Below are positions 46,753-58,800 of a DNA stretch of 64,000 bases, piece by piece. Both the position numbers and the translations under genes were made by a program. How positions within the stretch are numbered: the first letter of the stretch is position 1; every line of letters starts with the position of its first letter. The notes below the pieces were generated by a model that saw only the letters and a list, made by a program, of their open reading frames with translations, ran no database searches and was not told the origin of the DNA. Where the stretch lies: positions 1-64,000 of the IMG/VR virus record IMGVR_UViG_3300024336_000001; one strand, 5' to 3'. Source of the stretch: a virus.

Positions 46753-47338
46753 ATTCATAGCTTACCAACCAGAGGGTTTTAAAAAGTCTTTAGCAGAAGG
46801 AGCGTACACGAAGTTCTTTTTTAAACCAGTTGATGAGTTTGTTTATGTTATAAAGGACAAGTTAGACAAAGATCTGTTTCCCTTTAAGGACCACGCTGTT
46901 TATTACCAAGAAGAAATCTTGTTTTGCAAGGAAATGCTAGAAGCTGTAAAGGCAGGCAAAATCCCTGAAGATATGGCAATAAAAAACGTAAGATCCATTC
47001 ATTATTTGGTTAAAATGTTTGAAGGCACAATACAAAGAGGTCGTCATATAGACCCAGATCCAACTATAGGGAAAACCCCGGACGTTCGGTATTGGAAGCG
47101 ATTGAATGATTATGCTTTTACTGTGATAAAGGATGCCGAATTTGACGAGGCTATCAAAGCGTTAAGAATGAAACACTTTAAAATTTGGCCTAACAGTACC
47201 GGCGCACTGGGCTTGTTTCCACCTAATAAAATGGGAAAAGAAGAAAAGCAGGCCGTATCTTACAAATATATCATTCCGAACAAAGAACATATTAAAGAAG
47301 CCTTGAGCTGCATTTCAGACGTTACACCCAGGAATTAA
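46733..47338 (+). CDS. Hypothetical protein
   Basis: ORF track. Confidence 0.55.
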   Translation: MPRPKIKFIAYQPEGFKKSLAEGAYTKFFFKPVDEFVYVIKDKLDKDLFPFKDHAVYYQEEILFCKEMLEAVKAGKIPEDMAIKNVRSIHYLVKMFEGTIQRGRHIDPDPTIGKTPDVRYWKRLNDYAFTVIKDAEFDEAIKALRMKHFKIWPNSTGALGLFPPNKMGKEEKQAVSYKYIIPNKEHIKEALSCISDVTPRN

Positions 47339-47340
47339 AT

Positions 47341-47571
47341 ATGCCATTAATAGTGAAAGTGTTTGTAAATAAACGGCAGATTGATGAAATAAAAATAGAA
47401 CGCCTGGAGAGTTTTAATAAGAGGGATCAAGACTATCGATACGAAATTATTAAGCCAAAAAATAAGGGGGGTGCTTTAAGACATCGGTATTCAAAGGGCT
47501 GGAAGCCTTTACTTATTAAAGCTTTGAAAAAACTAATTACGGAGGAAACAAATGAGCGAAACTCAAGTTGA
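47341..47571 (+). CDS. Hypothetical protein
   Basis: ORF track. Confidence 0.55.
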   Translation: MPLIVKVFVNKRQIDEIKIERLESFNKRDQDYRYEIIKPKNKGGALRHRYSKGWKPLLIKALKKLITEETNERNSS

Positions 47572-47914
47572 ATCAAAAATAAAAACAATTACCTTTGAAG
47601 AACTTTTAAAGCAAGGAGAGACGCTGTACGGAAAAGATAAAAAGCTATGGAGGTTTAAATGTCCCATGTGCAACACTGTTCAATCTTTTTATGATTTTGT
47701 TGAAGCTGGCGTTGAAAAAAAACAAATAGAAAACTATCTGGGGTTTTCTTGTATAGGTAGATATAACGGCAACGGTAAATCAGCATTATTCGGAAAACCA
47801 ACAAAAAAAACCGGTTGTGATTGGTCATTGGGCGGTTTGTTTACCTTGCATAAAAAAGTAATTATCAAGGACGGCAAAGAATATCCTCGGTTTGAATTTG
47901 CAGACGAAGACTAA
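47552..47914 (+). CDS. VVA0879-like phage protein
   Basis: WRFKCPMC...FSCIGR...GCDWSLGGLF. Confidence 0.7.
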   Translation: MSETQVESKIKTITFEELLKQGETLYGKDKKLWRFKCPMCNTVQSFYDFVEAGVEKKQIENYLGFSCIGRYNGNGKSALFGKPTKKTGCDWSLGGLFTLHKKVIIKDGKEYPRFEFADED

Positions 47915-47915
47915 A

Positions 47916-48335
47916 ATGGCAGAAGGCACTAAACGCAAAAAGTGGGAAGAGCAGATACTAAAACTAGGTTTTAGAACTTGGAAATCTATCAAAATTCCTG
48001 ATGCCCCAATGACCGGAAACAAAATATGCGACTCTATATTAGATAATGGCCAAACGTTTTATCTTGAATGGAAGGACCTGGATGTAAGTAAAACTGTAAA
48101 TTATTTCAATCCTAAAAGCATCTTCCGGCCACATCAAATTAGAGAGCTTAACGAAATTGAGGATATGTCTTTGCGGAATTATAAATGCGCTTTTGGTATG
48201 TGCGGGAAAAAAATAAGCAACCGGATCCACATATACATAATTCCTGCTAAAGCCCTTAAACAAGATCGGATTTACTTGAAAGATTATGAGGCATATTCAT
48301 TAGAAGGGGCGGTGAAGTTTTTTTGTCCAAGATAA
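47916..48335 (+). CDS. RecU-like PD-(D/E)XK Holliday junction resolvase
   Basis: KIPD...CD...LEWK...RPHQ; likely start MAEG. Confidence 0.6.
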   Translation: MAEGTKRKKWEEQILKLGFRTWKSIKIPDAPMTGNKICDSILDNGQTFYLEWKDLDVSKTVNYFNPKSIFRPHQIRELNEIEDMSLRNYKCAFGMCGKKISNRIHIYIIPAKALKQDRIYLKDYEAYSLEGAVKFFCPR

Positions 48336-48883
48336 ATTGTACAAACTGCAACCAGGATAAATTTTTAAAGATACCTCTTGTATCACTGGCAAACGAGGAT
48401 ACCGAAAAACTTTGTCTTGATAACTTAAAAGACATTCCTAGCGGTTTTTACTATGTATGTGCCGGATGCAACAAGCCTTTAACCGAAGGCCCTCTTAACA
48501 AGCCAATTCTGCGCTTAATTAAAGTCGGGTGTTATACACACAAGATAAAGGAAGCTGGAAAGGCGCACAGCGAATATAAAGACGCTGTGTGTTTTTTAAT
48601 GAGTCATAAAAAAGACACCGATTATCTCCAGGAGATTATCGGAGATCCGGGAGCCATTGGTGAACGCCCTCAGTGGCAACTAATACGAGACTTGGTAGAT
48701 GTTGAATCAATAAAAGAAAAATATATTTTTGTTACTAAATTTGATGAGAAATTATTTTTAAACCATCCTCGCAACTATATTGTCTGTCTTACCCACAAAG
48801 AATACGACCAGCTAGAGTTAGATGCTTTTGTTTTGGATGCTAAATTTAGCGGAGTCTATAATTTCCAGGAATTTGAATCATGA
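48323..48883 (+). CDS. Hypothetical protein with a Zn-ribbon N-terminus
   Basis: CTNC and CAGC motifs. Confidence 0.55.
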   Translation: MSKINCTNCNQDKFLKIPLVSLANEDTEKLCLDNLKDIPSGFYYVCAGCNKPLTEGPLNKPILRLIKVGCYTHKIKEAGKAHSEYKDAVCFLMSHKKDTDYLQEIIGDPGAIGERPQWQLIRDLVDVESIKEKYIFVTKFDEKLFLNHPRNYIVCLTHKEYDQLELDAFVLDAKFSGVYNFQEFES

Positions 48884-50163
48884 TAAAAATAGAAATCAAC
48901 GATGAATTTAAAGAAGCCTTGATGCTGATGGAAGATACAAAAGAAAACCTTTTTATCACCGGAAAAGCCGGTACTGGTAAATCTACTTTGCTGTCTTATT
49001 TCATAGAAAACACGGGAAAGGACGTTGTTGTTTTAGCCCCCACCGGAACGGCAGCCTTGAATATCAAAGGATCAACAATCCATTCATTTTTTCGTTTCAA
49101 GCCAGGAATTACCGTTGATAATGCAGAAGAAACGGCTTCTAAACTAACCGACCCTTCTCTTTATCGAAAAATCGACACTATCGTTATTGATGAAATATCA
49201 ATGGTTAGGGCCGACCTTTTGGACTGTATAGACGTTTTTTTAAGAAAAGCCCGGAAGGAATACTTTCCCTTCGGAGGTGTACAGATGGTTTTTTTAGGGG
49301 ATTTTTACCAGCTATCTCCGGTATTAAGCGGTTATGAAAAAGATGCTTTTTTGCAAATCTACAAAACTCCTTATATTTTTTCTTCAGAAGTTATGCAGGG
49401 TGAAGACTTTGATTTGCATTATATAGAGCTTAAGAAAATTTACCGTCAAAAAGATTCTCGTTTTATAGAGATCTTAAATGCGGTTCGCAAAAACTCTATT
49501 ACAAACGAGCACCTGAGTATTTTAAATAGCAGATACTCCCCTTTCGCCAGAAAAAAAGATGCCGGTTTTATTTGCTTAACATCTACTAATAGCGGGGCTG
49601 ACCACATTAACGCCATAGAACTAGAGGAGATTAAATCTAAAATGTCCGTTTTTAATGCAAGCGTAAGAGGGGATTTTGGTTTAAAGATGGATCCTACAGA
49701 GCGTAACTTAAAATTAAAAGTTGGCGCACAGGTGATGTGTTTAGCAAATCATTCTGAAGGAGCTTATGTCAACGGCAGCATAGGAAATATATTAAACATA
49801 GAAGACGAAGTAATTACCGTAAAGTTGTTAAATGGAAACACTGTATTTATCCAGCATTTTAAGTGGCAAATTTATGGGTACGAGCTTAATAGCAAAACCA
49901 GGCGATTGCAACAGATTATTATGGGATCATTTCAGCAATTTCCTTTAAAGCTTGCTTGGGCTATGACCATACATAAAAGCCAAGGGAAAACTTTTAATAA
50001 GATTATAATAGACTTAGGGAAAAGGGCTTTTGCTCACGGGCAAGTATATGTTGCTTTAAGCCGTTGCACATCCTTAGAGGGACTTGCCTTTAAAAGACCT
50101 TTGCGAAGACAAGATGTCCTCGTAGATAGTTGCTTAGAATATTTTCTAGCGCAAATGGAGTAA
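48880..50163 (+). CDS. PIF1-family 5'-3' helicase
   Basis: GKAGTGKS, APTGTAA, IDEISM, GDFYQL, QFPLKLAWAMTIHKSQG, YVALSR. Confidence 0.93.
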   Translation: MIKIEINDEFKEALMLMEDTKENLFITGKAGTGKSTLLSYFIENTGKDVVVLAPTGTAALNIKGSTIHSFFRFKPGITVDNAEETASKLTDPSLYRKIDTIVIDEISMVRADLLDCIDVFLRKARKEYFPFGGVQMVFLGDFYQLSPVLSGYEKDAFLQIYKTPYIFSSEVMQGEDFDLHYIELKKIYRQKDSRFIEILNAVRKNSITNEHLSILNSRYSPFARKKDAGFICLTSTNSGADHINAIELEEIKSKMSVFNASVRGDFGLKMDPTERNLKLKVGAQVMCLANHSEGAYVNGSIGNILNIEDEVITVKLLNGNTVFIQHFKWQIYGYELNSKTRRLQQIIMGSFQQFPLKLAWAMTIHKSQGKTFNKIIIDLGKRAFAHGQVYVALSRCTSLEGLAFKRPLRRQDVLVDSCLEYFLAQME

Positions 50164-50255
50164 AAAGTTTTAGTCCCTTAAAAAATATGCTACCTTAAAA
50201 AGGGGGACAAATAGCAGCGAAACAATGATGCTTTTATATTATTTCGGAGGTTAAA

Positions 50256-50801
50256 ATGAGATTATTTAAACAAGTCTTTATAATAATATTGCTTTTATCA
50301 ATGCCTCTATTGGCGGAGGAAATATTAACCCTAAGCAATGGAAAAAAAATTACAATTAAAGATAATTATACCTGGAAGTATGTTACGTCTAACAAACCAT
50401 CAACCATTAAATATGCAGAAGAGGCCGTCACAATTTGGGACAAATCTTTACTAAGAAAAGATAAAGATTATAGCAAAGCCTTGGGCCTATTTTTACACTA
50501 TCAAAATCATACAAACAAAAAAATAATTGGTGTTGTTACGCAGGTGTCTATCATCAATCCTTTTGGCAAACAAATCTTTAAAACAACATATGAAGATGAG
50601 GTTGTTTTAAAGCCAAGTCAAAGGATAAAGAATAATCAATATTGGGTGTATAAAGACAATCAGTTTGTCTCTGATGAACCCTATGATCGTATGTGGCAAA
50701 TGGCCGATAACGGTACAGCTAAAATAAAAACAAAGATAACAAAAGTAATATTTGAAGATGGCACTATACTAAAAGCAAAGCCCTCGAAACCAAGGAAATA
50801 G
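50256..50801 (+). CDS. Secreted/periplasmic protein (DUF3157-like N-terminus)
   Basis: Signal peptide followed by NGKKITIKDNYTWKYV. Confidence 0.6.
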   Translation: MRLFKQVFIIILLLSMPLLAEEILTLSNGKKITIKDNYTWKYVTSNKPSTIKYAEEAVTIWDKSLLRKDKDYSKALGLFLHYQNHTNKKIIGVVTQVSIINPFGKQIFKTTYEDEVVLKPSQRIKNNQYWVYKDNQFVSDEPYDRMWQMADNGTAKIKTKITKVIFEDGTILKAKPSKPRK

Positions 50802-50812
50802 GATCTAAGTTC

Positions 50813-51490
50813 GTGAATAATTACTCTTTTTCTGATAATTCCCCCGTATATAAAATGAATGATATCTCTGAGAGAGAGTATAAGGAACTCGACAATATTT
50901 TACTCGACAAAAACGGGAAGCTAAAGCTTATTAAGGCGGCTGCGTTAAAAAATATTCCTCAGCAAAATATCGCTTGCTGGTGTAGAAAAAACTCAATATA
51001 TTCTATCGTCACAACCGAATTAATTGATTGGCTTAAAGATCAAATAAAGGACAAAGTTGCCATTGAAATAGGCGCAGGCAAAAACATCTTAGGTAAAGAG
51101 CTTGGCATTGTTCAAACAGACTCGTATATCCAAAACACGCCTGAAGTAGTTGAAAAGTTCATACAGATGAGACAGCCTATAATTGAATATCCTGAGCGAG
51201 TCCAAAAATATGAAGCACGAGAAGCGTGTACTCGCTATCGCCCTCAAGTTGTTATTGGAACGTGGATAACACAATTAGGCGGGTCAACTGTCCCTCAAAG
51301 CAGCCCTTATGGAGTTAATGAAACCAAGGTAGTTAATTGGGTTGAAAAATACATACTTATTGGACACGAGGATTCCCATAATATGAAAAAAATAATGGAT
51401 ATCCCTCACAAAACATATGAATTCCCCTGGCTATACTCAAGAGCTATGAATGTAAATGGCAATAAAATCTGGGTCTGGGAAACTACTTAA
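50813..51490 (+). CDS. Methyltransferase-fold hypothetical protein
   Basis: AIEIGAGK SAM-binding-like motif only. Confidence 0.45.
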   Translation: MNNYSFSDNSPVYKMNDISEREYKELDNILLDKNGKLKLIKAAALKNIPQQNIACWCRKNSIYSIVTTELIDWLKDQIKDKVAIEIGAGKNILGKELGIVQTDSYIQNTPEVVEKFIQMRQPIIEYPERVQKYEAREACTRYRPQVVIGTWITQLGGSTVPQSSPYGVNETKVVNWVEKYILIGHEDSHNMKKIMDIPHKTYEFPWLYSRAMNVNGNKIWVWETT

Positions 51491-51917
51491 CTAAAGCCAA
51501 AATAGCTGATAGCACCCCAGTTACAACGCTAACCAAGGTGAAAAAAGTTACAACTAACCACTTTAGCCTTGATTCTGTCCAAGCCCTAAGCTTTCCTATT
51601 TCTTCTTCAATGTTTTTTTTATGTTCCCCAACATCTTCTTTTATACCACCTATTTCTTTCCATTGGCTCTTATGGGACTGCTGCAACAAACTTAGTGTTT
51701 TTGTTACCTCTTGCTGCTGATTTTTTATATCTTCTGTGTTTTTCAGTATCTTATATTGATCTTCGTGGCTTGATTTTATAGCTTGTTCAGTTAAAGCGAT
51801 CCTCACCTCGTAATTAACGAGTTTTTCTTGTTTGGATTTGAGATCTTCTACATTATTTTGGAGGACCGCAATTTCTGTATCCGTACTTTTTTTTGTGCTT
51901 TTTTTACTGGCAACCAT
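51483..51917 (-). CDS. Coiled-coil protein with a C-terminal TM (XhlA/holin-like)
   Basis: Coiled coil followed by WLVVTFFTLVSVVTGVLSAIL; last gene of the late operon. Confidence 0.55.
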   Translation of the reverse strand: MVASKKSTKKSTDTEIAVLQNNVEDLKSKQEKLVNYEVRIALTEQAIKSSHEDQYKILKNTEDIKNQQQEVTKTLSLLQQSHKSQWKEIGGIKEDVGEHKKNIEEEIGKLRAWTESRLKWLVVTFFTLVSVVTGVLSAILALVK

Positions 51918-52372
51918 TAAAACACAAACTCTTTTACAACCGGAAATGTAATACCAAAACTTTGATAATTTAATACACCTAGCATATCTAAATTAGTTTT
52001 TGCTCCCGGAGCTTTTGCGCCAATATTAATTCCATAAAAGAAACGAGCTGCCCAATTAAATGGGGACCATTCCAGACGACCAGAAAATCTGTAGCCGTAG
52101 TGATTTAATGTGCCAAATGGCTTGTTGTGTCTTTCTTGTTCAAATACATATCCAGCACTCCATTTCATAGCAATTTCAGGAATTACCTGCCATTCCATTT
52201 GAAACGGAACGAGATTAACAAAAGCTGGGCCATTGTCTATACCCCCGAATTCTAAAGTTGGACTAATAGCAAGTCTTGGCCGACCGGCTGCGTTTCCTTT
52301 ATTGAAAGCTGACTTAGCAATAATGTTTGAAGATAAAGCTAAAATTAAAAGTAAAAATATTATTCGTCTCAT
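51917..52372 (-). CDS. Secreted/outer-membrane beta protein
   Basis: Signal peptide, amphipathic beta strands, terminal Phe. Confidence 0.45.
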   Translation of the reverse strand: MRRIIFLLLILALSSNIIAKSAFNKGNAAGRPRLAISPTLEFGGIDNGPAFVNLVPFQMEWQVIPEIAMKWSAGYVFEQERHNKPFGTLNHYGYRFSGRLEWSPFNWAARFFYGINIGAKAPGAKTNLDMLGVLNYQSFGITFPVVKEFVF

Positions 52373-52383
52373 TTGATCTCTCC

Positions 52384-52746
52384 TTATTTTTTATTAACAT
52401 TTGTTCCAATACCCGGAGTATTGTGTAGAAGATCGCCCAAAAAGCCGATTGGTCCTTCTAATAATATTGTTGCAACATCCGGGATTGATTTATTTATTAT
52501 CGGGATTTTAGTATTTACAACCGGCACATAATTAAGAAGTTTAATTACTTTTGTAATAGGCTTCACAACCTCACTGGCCGCAGAGTTCTTGGCCTCCCAT
52601 TTACCAATCAGCCCTTTTTGTTTTTTTTGCTCCGCTATAAACTGCTTTTTCGTAATCCTTCCCGTAAGGTATAAGATTGAAGAAAGGCAGCCTAATAGCC
52701 ACATTACAACCTCTGGTTCTGACAATTTTGATATAATTTCTTGCAT
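52384..52746 (-). CDS. Holin-like membrane protein
   Basis: N-terminal TM segment; located after the tail fibre. Confidence 0.4.
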   Translation of the reverse strand: MQEIISKLSEPEVVMWLLGCLSSILYLTGRITKKQFIAEQKKQKGLIGKWEAKNSAASEVVKPITKVIKLLNYVPVVNTKIPIINKSIPDVATILLEGPIGFLGDLLHNTPGIGTNVNKK

Positions 52747-52832
52747 AGAAAATCCTCCTGTTTTTTATTTTATTTATGTCTAAAAATGTCTAACTATTTC
52801 TATGGATTTCTATTTATGGCTATCTGAAAAAG

Positions 52833-55800
52833 CTAAATACTCCCTGAAACTACGGTGACGGACAAAACATCGGTTGCTCCTGATGTTTGCCTTATGTCCA
52901 GATAATTGCCACTATATTGAAGGTCAAAAGGACTACTGCCCGTGCTACTCAAAACAGCTTCATTCCAATATATACCCTTTCCTGAATAAGAATAGGCAAT
53001 AATCGCTGAATGCCCATTTGTGCTTAAATTAGCAAAAACAAGCCCTGATTCTCTTGAACCATTAAAAGCCTTCAGTGTATACCAAACATTGTTTGATGCG
53101 CTTTCAATTCTCTTAGTTGTAAAGTTCCCTCTCCCATATAAAGATAATCGGCTATCATTTTGATATAAATCTAAAAAACCTTCTTGCGTTAAACACATTT
53201 TCTCAGAAATGGCATCTGAGGATCTGGTATAAAATGAAAGATCTCCTGATACACCAGAATCTCGCCGCTTCCCTTTAATCATTGCCGACAAATGGTCATC
53301 GTCAGACTCGTAATTGCTGGTTGTTGTATGAAATCTTAGCTCTGGCCCTGCACCATCCGATGTAGATGAATGTGAAAGTACCAGCAAATTAGCACTAGAG
53401 TCTTTAATAATACATTTTGTATCAATAACTGTAGTGCCTATCCCTACTTGACCATCTCCCGTAAACCTTATTGCCTCTGCCCCACCGGGCTTGAAAATTA
53501 TATGGCCAGTTGAATTCCAGCCTGCTGTAATTGTTAGCTCGTTTGATTGTCCCACTCTTAAAACATCTATTCCGCTGTGATTAATTCCAAACCTATTCCC
53601 AGAGTTGTAATTATTTTCTATTGTTGTTTTATAGGCACTTTCTTCTGTTCCTAAGACTATTTGGGTTGTTGCATGATATTTACTTATTTCAAGGCCGTTA
53701 GTCGCTGCCGGAGCCGTAGTACCAATACCAACTTTCCCATCATTTTTAATTACAAATTTTGTTGAGTGGCTGTCACCTGGTGTATAAAACTGGAAGTCGT
53801 ATGTATTAGAATATGTGTTTGGAATCGCTTTAATCCCCGCCGTAACTGTTCCTGCCATATTTGACTGAAACTTAATCTCACAAGGATAAACATCCAAATT
53901 AGTAGTATTCATATTATGTAACAACAACACAGTTCCAGCCGTGCTATTTGATTTGTATAGTTCTAATAATTGGCTTGGGGAAGATGTGCCAATCCCAACT
54001 CGTCCGCTCGAATTTTCACTCAGTATTTTTCGGCCATCGGTATCACTTGTAGGCGCACTTCCTTTTAGCCTAAGATCCGCATTGTCATCTAACCAAATTC
54101 TATGATTAGCTGTATGGGTGGCTAATCCTAAAGACACTCTCTCTGCATCAGAACCTAACTCAAGATTTATGAAACCACCACCGTTACCTGTCCCGTGCGC
54201 CCAAATGATTCGCTTATCGTCCCCTGTATCCTTTACGTCTAATTTATAAAGAGGGTCCCCATCATCAAGCCCTATGCCAGTATTCCCACTGCTATTGATA
54301 GTTAATCGATGCTCTCCCGCATCACTGTCATAAAAACTTAAAAAACCTCCGCCTATTGTCCAAGAACTATCAGTTGAAATCATGTTGTATTTTCTGCCGC
54401 CGGTCCCGCTCGACCAAACGCCAACCCAGGGAGAAGCTGTCTGGCTAAGAATTGCTCCAGCCACTTCTAATTTTTGACCTGGGTTAGTTGCTCCTATCCC
54501 AACGTTTCCGTCACTTGCTATTCTTATGCGCTCCGCACTATTAACATGAAACACCATATAATCCACAGGTGTGCCACCTGTAAAATGGTAATAGCCTATC
54601 ATTCCTGGAGATCCATCTTTATCGCTAAAATGTATTCTATTTCCAATGCTTGTAGGTGAAGTGGCTGAAGCAAATAAGTTTATTTGCGATGCGTTATATG
54701 CCTCAGCGTGTGTACCTTCTATTGTTAGTGTGGATGTATCTCCATAAGAGCCATATATATGAAGTCTTGTAGAGGGGCTGCTAGTCCCAATCCCAACCTC
54801 TCCCGTAGGAGTAACCGCAAGTTTGCTTACCCCGCCTGTTGTTAAATTTCTTATTTCAAAATTATCACCACTCGCCCCATTAATTCGCATTCCCCAATTA
54901 ATCGCATCATTTCCTATTCCTATGCCTATGATTCCATTAGCTGTGGTCCCATTATGTACATAGAGTGGGTACTGATTATCTGTGGCTACTTCAACATGCA
55001 GCAACTCCGTTGGCTGATCTGTACCTATTCCAACTCGCCCAGTAGCGTTTTTTATTGTAACGGCCCGACTCCAAGCTGTTGAATCGTGTCTCCATAAAGC
55101 TAAATCTGAGTTTGCTTGTAATTGCCATGCCATTTTTTTATTTGAATCAGAGTTATAAAACTCTACCCCTGATACGCCTGTCGAAGAGTTTGTGTTTTCT
55201 AATGTGAGATAAGAATAATCAGCGTGTTTTATATGAAATATTGTACTAGGACTAGATATGCCAATCCCCCATTTCCCATCACTAGTTATCCTTGCCGCTT
55301 CATTGCTCGTAAGTAACCCATTAAGAGAAAAAATAATAGGGATCGCACTTTCTGTTGCCAGCACTAAGCCTGATGTTGACGCTTGCGCTGATACAAAACA
55401 TCGTCCCGTTAAAATTGTGTGTGTAGAGTGCGCTGTTCCTGCCACACCAATGTTACAACCGCCTCCGGTATCATTTAATGTTCCCCAATAAACTAATCCA
55501 GCACTGTTTATGTTTTCAGCCCTTGCTCTCAAGGAGCTTGCTGTTGATTTATAGACGTGAAGCTCATAGTCTGGGTTTGTTGTGCCAAGACCGACATTGC
55601 CACCATTGTAATAGATTTCACTCCCATTAGCAGACCAGTAGGTATCACTTGAGGTTCCCACAGGCACTCCATTAATCGTGATGCTATCAGCCTCGATATT
55701 TCCAACAACTTCAAGCGGGTGTCCTGGTGAAGTTGTACCAATGCCAACATTTCCATTATTTCTTATATATACTTTAGGCGTTGCAGATGATGCGCTATTT

Positions 55801-58800
55801 CCTGGGGCATAAAGTGCAAGGAAATCGTAGTTATTTTCCCACCCTGTTTTAATAACTTTGTTGTAAGCAGCGGTTGGGTTAATGATTGCACTACCATAGT
55901 TGAATCCTATGTCACCCCTAACATCAAGCTTAACAACAGGTGATGCTGTGCCAATACCAACGCTGCCCTCCTCATCTATGGTCATTCTCTTTAAAAGGCC
56001 AGCCGAGTGGTTATATGTCCAAAAATCTAAGGCCGTATGGTTATTGGTCGATGGGTTCAATCTGTATGCGTTTATCCTGGCATAGCCTCCAGCCCAAGTG
56101 ATTCCCCCCATGCTGCTGGGGTTAGATGTTGTCCCCCCTGACCAGCTATAATCGATATTAATCGTGTCATGAACGGCTTCCCCATATTCAAAATAATCTT
56201 TTATATGTAATCGAGTAGACGGAGAACCTGTTCCTATACCAACATCACCTGAAAAATCAATCATAAAGGGAATTTCTGATTTAGATTCGTTTTTTAAATA
56301 AAAATTATCATTGCCTGCGTCCATCCCCAATGTATAAGCGCATTGACCATTTTGGATCAATAAGATTCGACAAGCTTCCCCGTCTTCAGTAGCTATACGA
56401 AGTGGCCCTTGGTTATACCCAACATTAACGGCACTTCCAATATGTAACAAAGCTTCGGGTGTCGTGTTTCCTATGCCTATATTTCCATCACCATCAACAA
56501 CAAAATCAAATCTGGCATCATCATTGTTATAAAGAATAAAGCCCAATCCATCCACACCCAATTTAAAAGAATCTCTGCCCCCGTCCGTAGACTCTATAAA
56601 AAGATAGGTGCTTGAAGAGGAACTTAAGTGTAAAAGACTTTGTGGGTCTGAGACTCCTATTCCAACGTCTCCGGCATTGTAATAAGCTTTTGGTCCATTA
56701 ACTGACCAAACATTAGAGGCTGTTGTTAAATTAGTTTCTGCCCCTGCTGAACTCTTGTAGTATAAAAAACCATCCGAAGCTTTTACATACAGCTTCCCAT
56801 ATCCTGCCGAAACCCCCGGCGGCGTTACCATCTCATCAAATGAAACAGCTCCCTCTACAGTAAGTTTTTCGTTAATGCTGCTTGTACCAACTCCAAAATT
56901 ACCGCTCTTAACATAGCTATCTCCACCTGGATTAAAAGCTATTCGAGCAGTCGCCCCGTCATAAAGATAAAGCTTTATAGCTGAAACGCCATCATACAAT
57001 GAAACAGCTCCGGCATTGGGAGCAAGATGTAAGTTGCCAGCCACGGTTTTTATGGTTGGCGTACCCCCGCCAGACAAAGCAATATTTCCCTCAACACCCA
57101 ATGCTTCACTTGGGATGCTTGTGCCTATCCCGACTCTCCCCTCCCCAGTTATTCTCATTTTTTCGGTTCCCGTGCGTACACTACGATCATCACTGGTGTA
57201 AAAGCGAATATACTTTGTTGTATTATAACTATTCAAACCCCCGCCAATAAATAAATGGTTTTCGACAGAATTAGAGTCAAAAAACAACCCCAGGTAGCCT
57301 TCGGATTCTGCTGCTGAATTATACTGAGAACCAATGATAGCTCCAAATTTTTGAGTATCATTGTCTTCGTTAGAAGATAATCTTAGCTCATAGTTAACAT
57401 GAAAAGTGTCCAGTGGGTTTTCTATTCCTATACCCACCTTGCCATCAGTTCTAAACGTTGCCCAGGTTGAAGCTTTATCGGTAGACCCTATTTTCAATAC
57501 CGAGTCGGTTCTTCCCCAAATAGCACCTGCACTATGAAATATAATCGTAGCCGCATTTGCATCAGACCCGACTCCTGCTGCGGTAATGCGTAAAGTAGCT
57601 CCTCCTGAAACGACTGGGTTTTGTGTTAGCTTCACGGTTTTGTCATCACCGAAAACTTCCAATATTTCATCTGGGCTGGTAGTTCCTATCCCAATTTTTC
57701 CAGTTGGATCTACAGTTAAAGCTCGAATTGGAGCTAAGTTAACTCCTGAGCTTTGGGTTAGAATATTAAAGCGGCTCTCACTTGCCTCAAACCCAAAAAC
57801 ATTTGCATAAGAAGACGTTACAGTTTGAGTTGCGTAGGTAGTTGCATCTCCTAATGTTCCGTTAAGAAATATAAATTGTTTTGCCCCGGAACCAGAGTAA
57901 ACCTGAGCAATATTTACCTGCCTGTTTGTTGCGCCGGTTGGTGAATAACCCCCAATAAACATATAGTGAACTTGATCGTATCCTTCATTTTTAACCATTA
58001 TTCGGCCAGTTTTACACAAGATATTCCCGGATACATCAAGCTTTTCTGTCGGGTTGCTTTCAGCGATACCAACTTTCCCGGTATTAAATCGAAAACCCGT
58101 ATCCGCAGTAAAATCCAAATACCCATCGTTTAAAGATCCGATATGAATAGCTGAATCTCTGAATTTAATCGTATTATTACTTGTTATCGTTCCGCCAGCT
58201 AAAGGAAGAAACCCTGAAATTTGGTGGGTATGGCTTGTCGCTGTCAAAGCATTTGTTGATCCTGTATCACAAGTGCTTGGGGTTCCCATAGTTATAGATC
58301 CTGAGCTTGTGATAGTAGAAAAATCCATCCCGTTTCCGGCAGAAACACTCAAAACTCCATCATCCGGGCTTAAAAGAGACTGCCAATCGGACATAGCCGT
58401 ATTATTGCCAGTTGAATTTATATAGGTTTGGTCTTCGTCTGTCCTTACACAGACATCACCTTTTTGTACTGTTAATGCCAGTTGCGCCGTTTCGTTGGCT
58501 GCTACATACGTTTCCGTAATAGCCAAAGCCGGTAATACAGAATTTTCAAGCTTTCCGCTTCCATTAAGGACAGGGATATTTCCTGATCCGGTTCCTGTGT
58601 CTTTTATGGCCGCTGTGCCTAATCCCAAAGTGCCTCTAGCTGTGCTAACGTTTGCATCATCTAGCAATGTCCTGGCAAAAGAAGATAAGCTCGTTACTGC
58701 ATAGGTATCATACGCCGTTGTATAAATCATTTTATCTGTATCAGTAACCAGATCTGCTATAGAAGCTAGTCCTACATCATAACTTTGGATATCAACATCG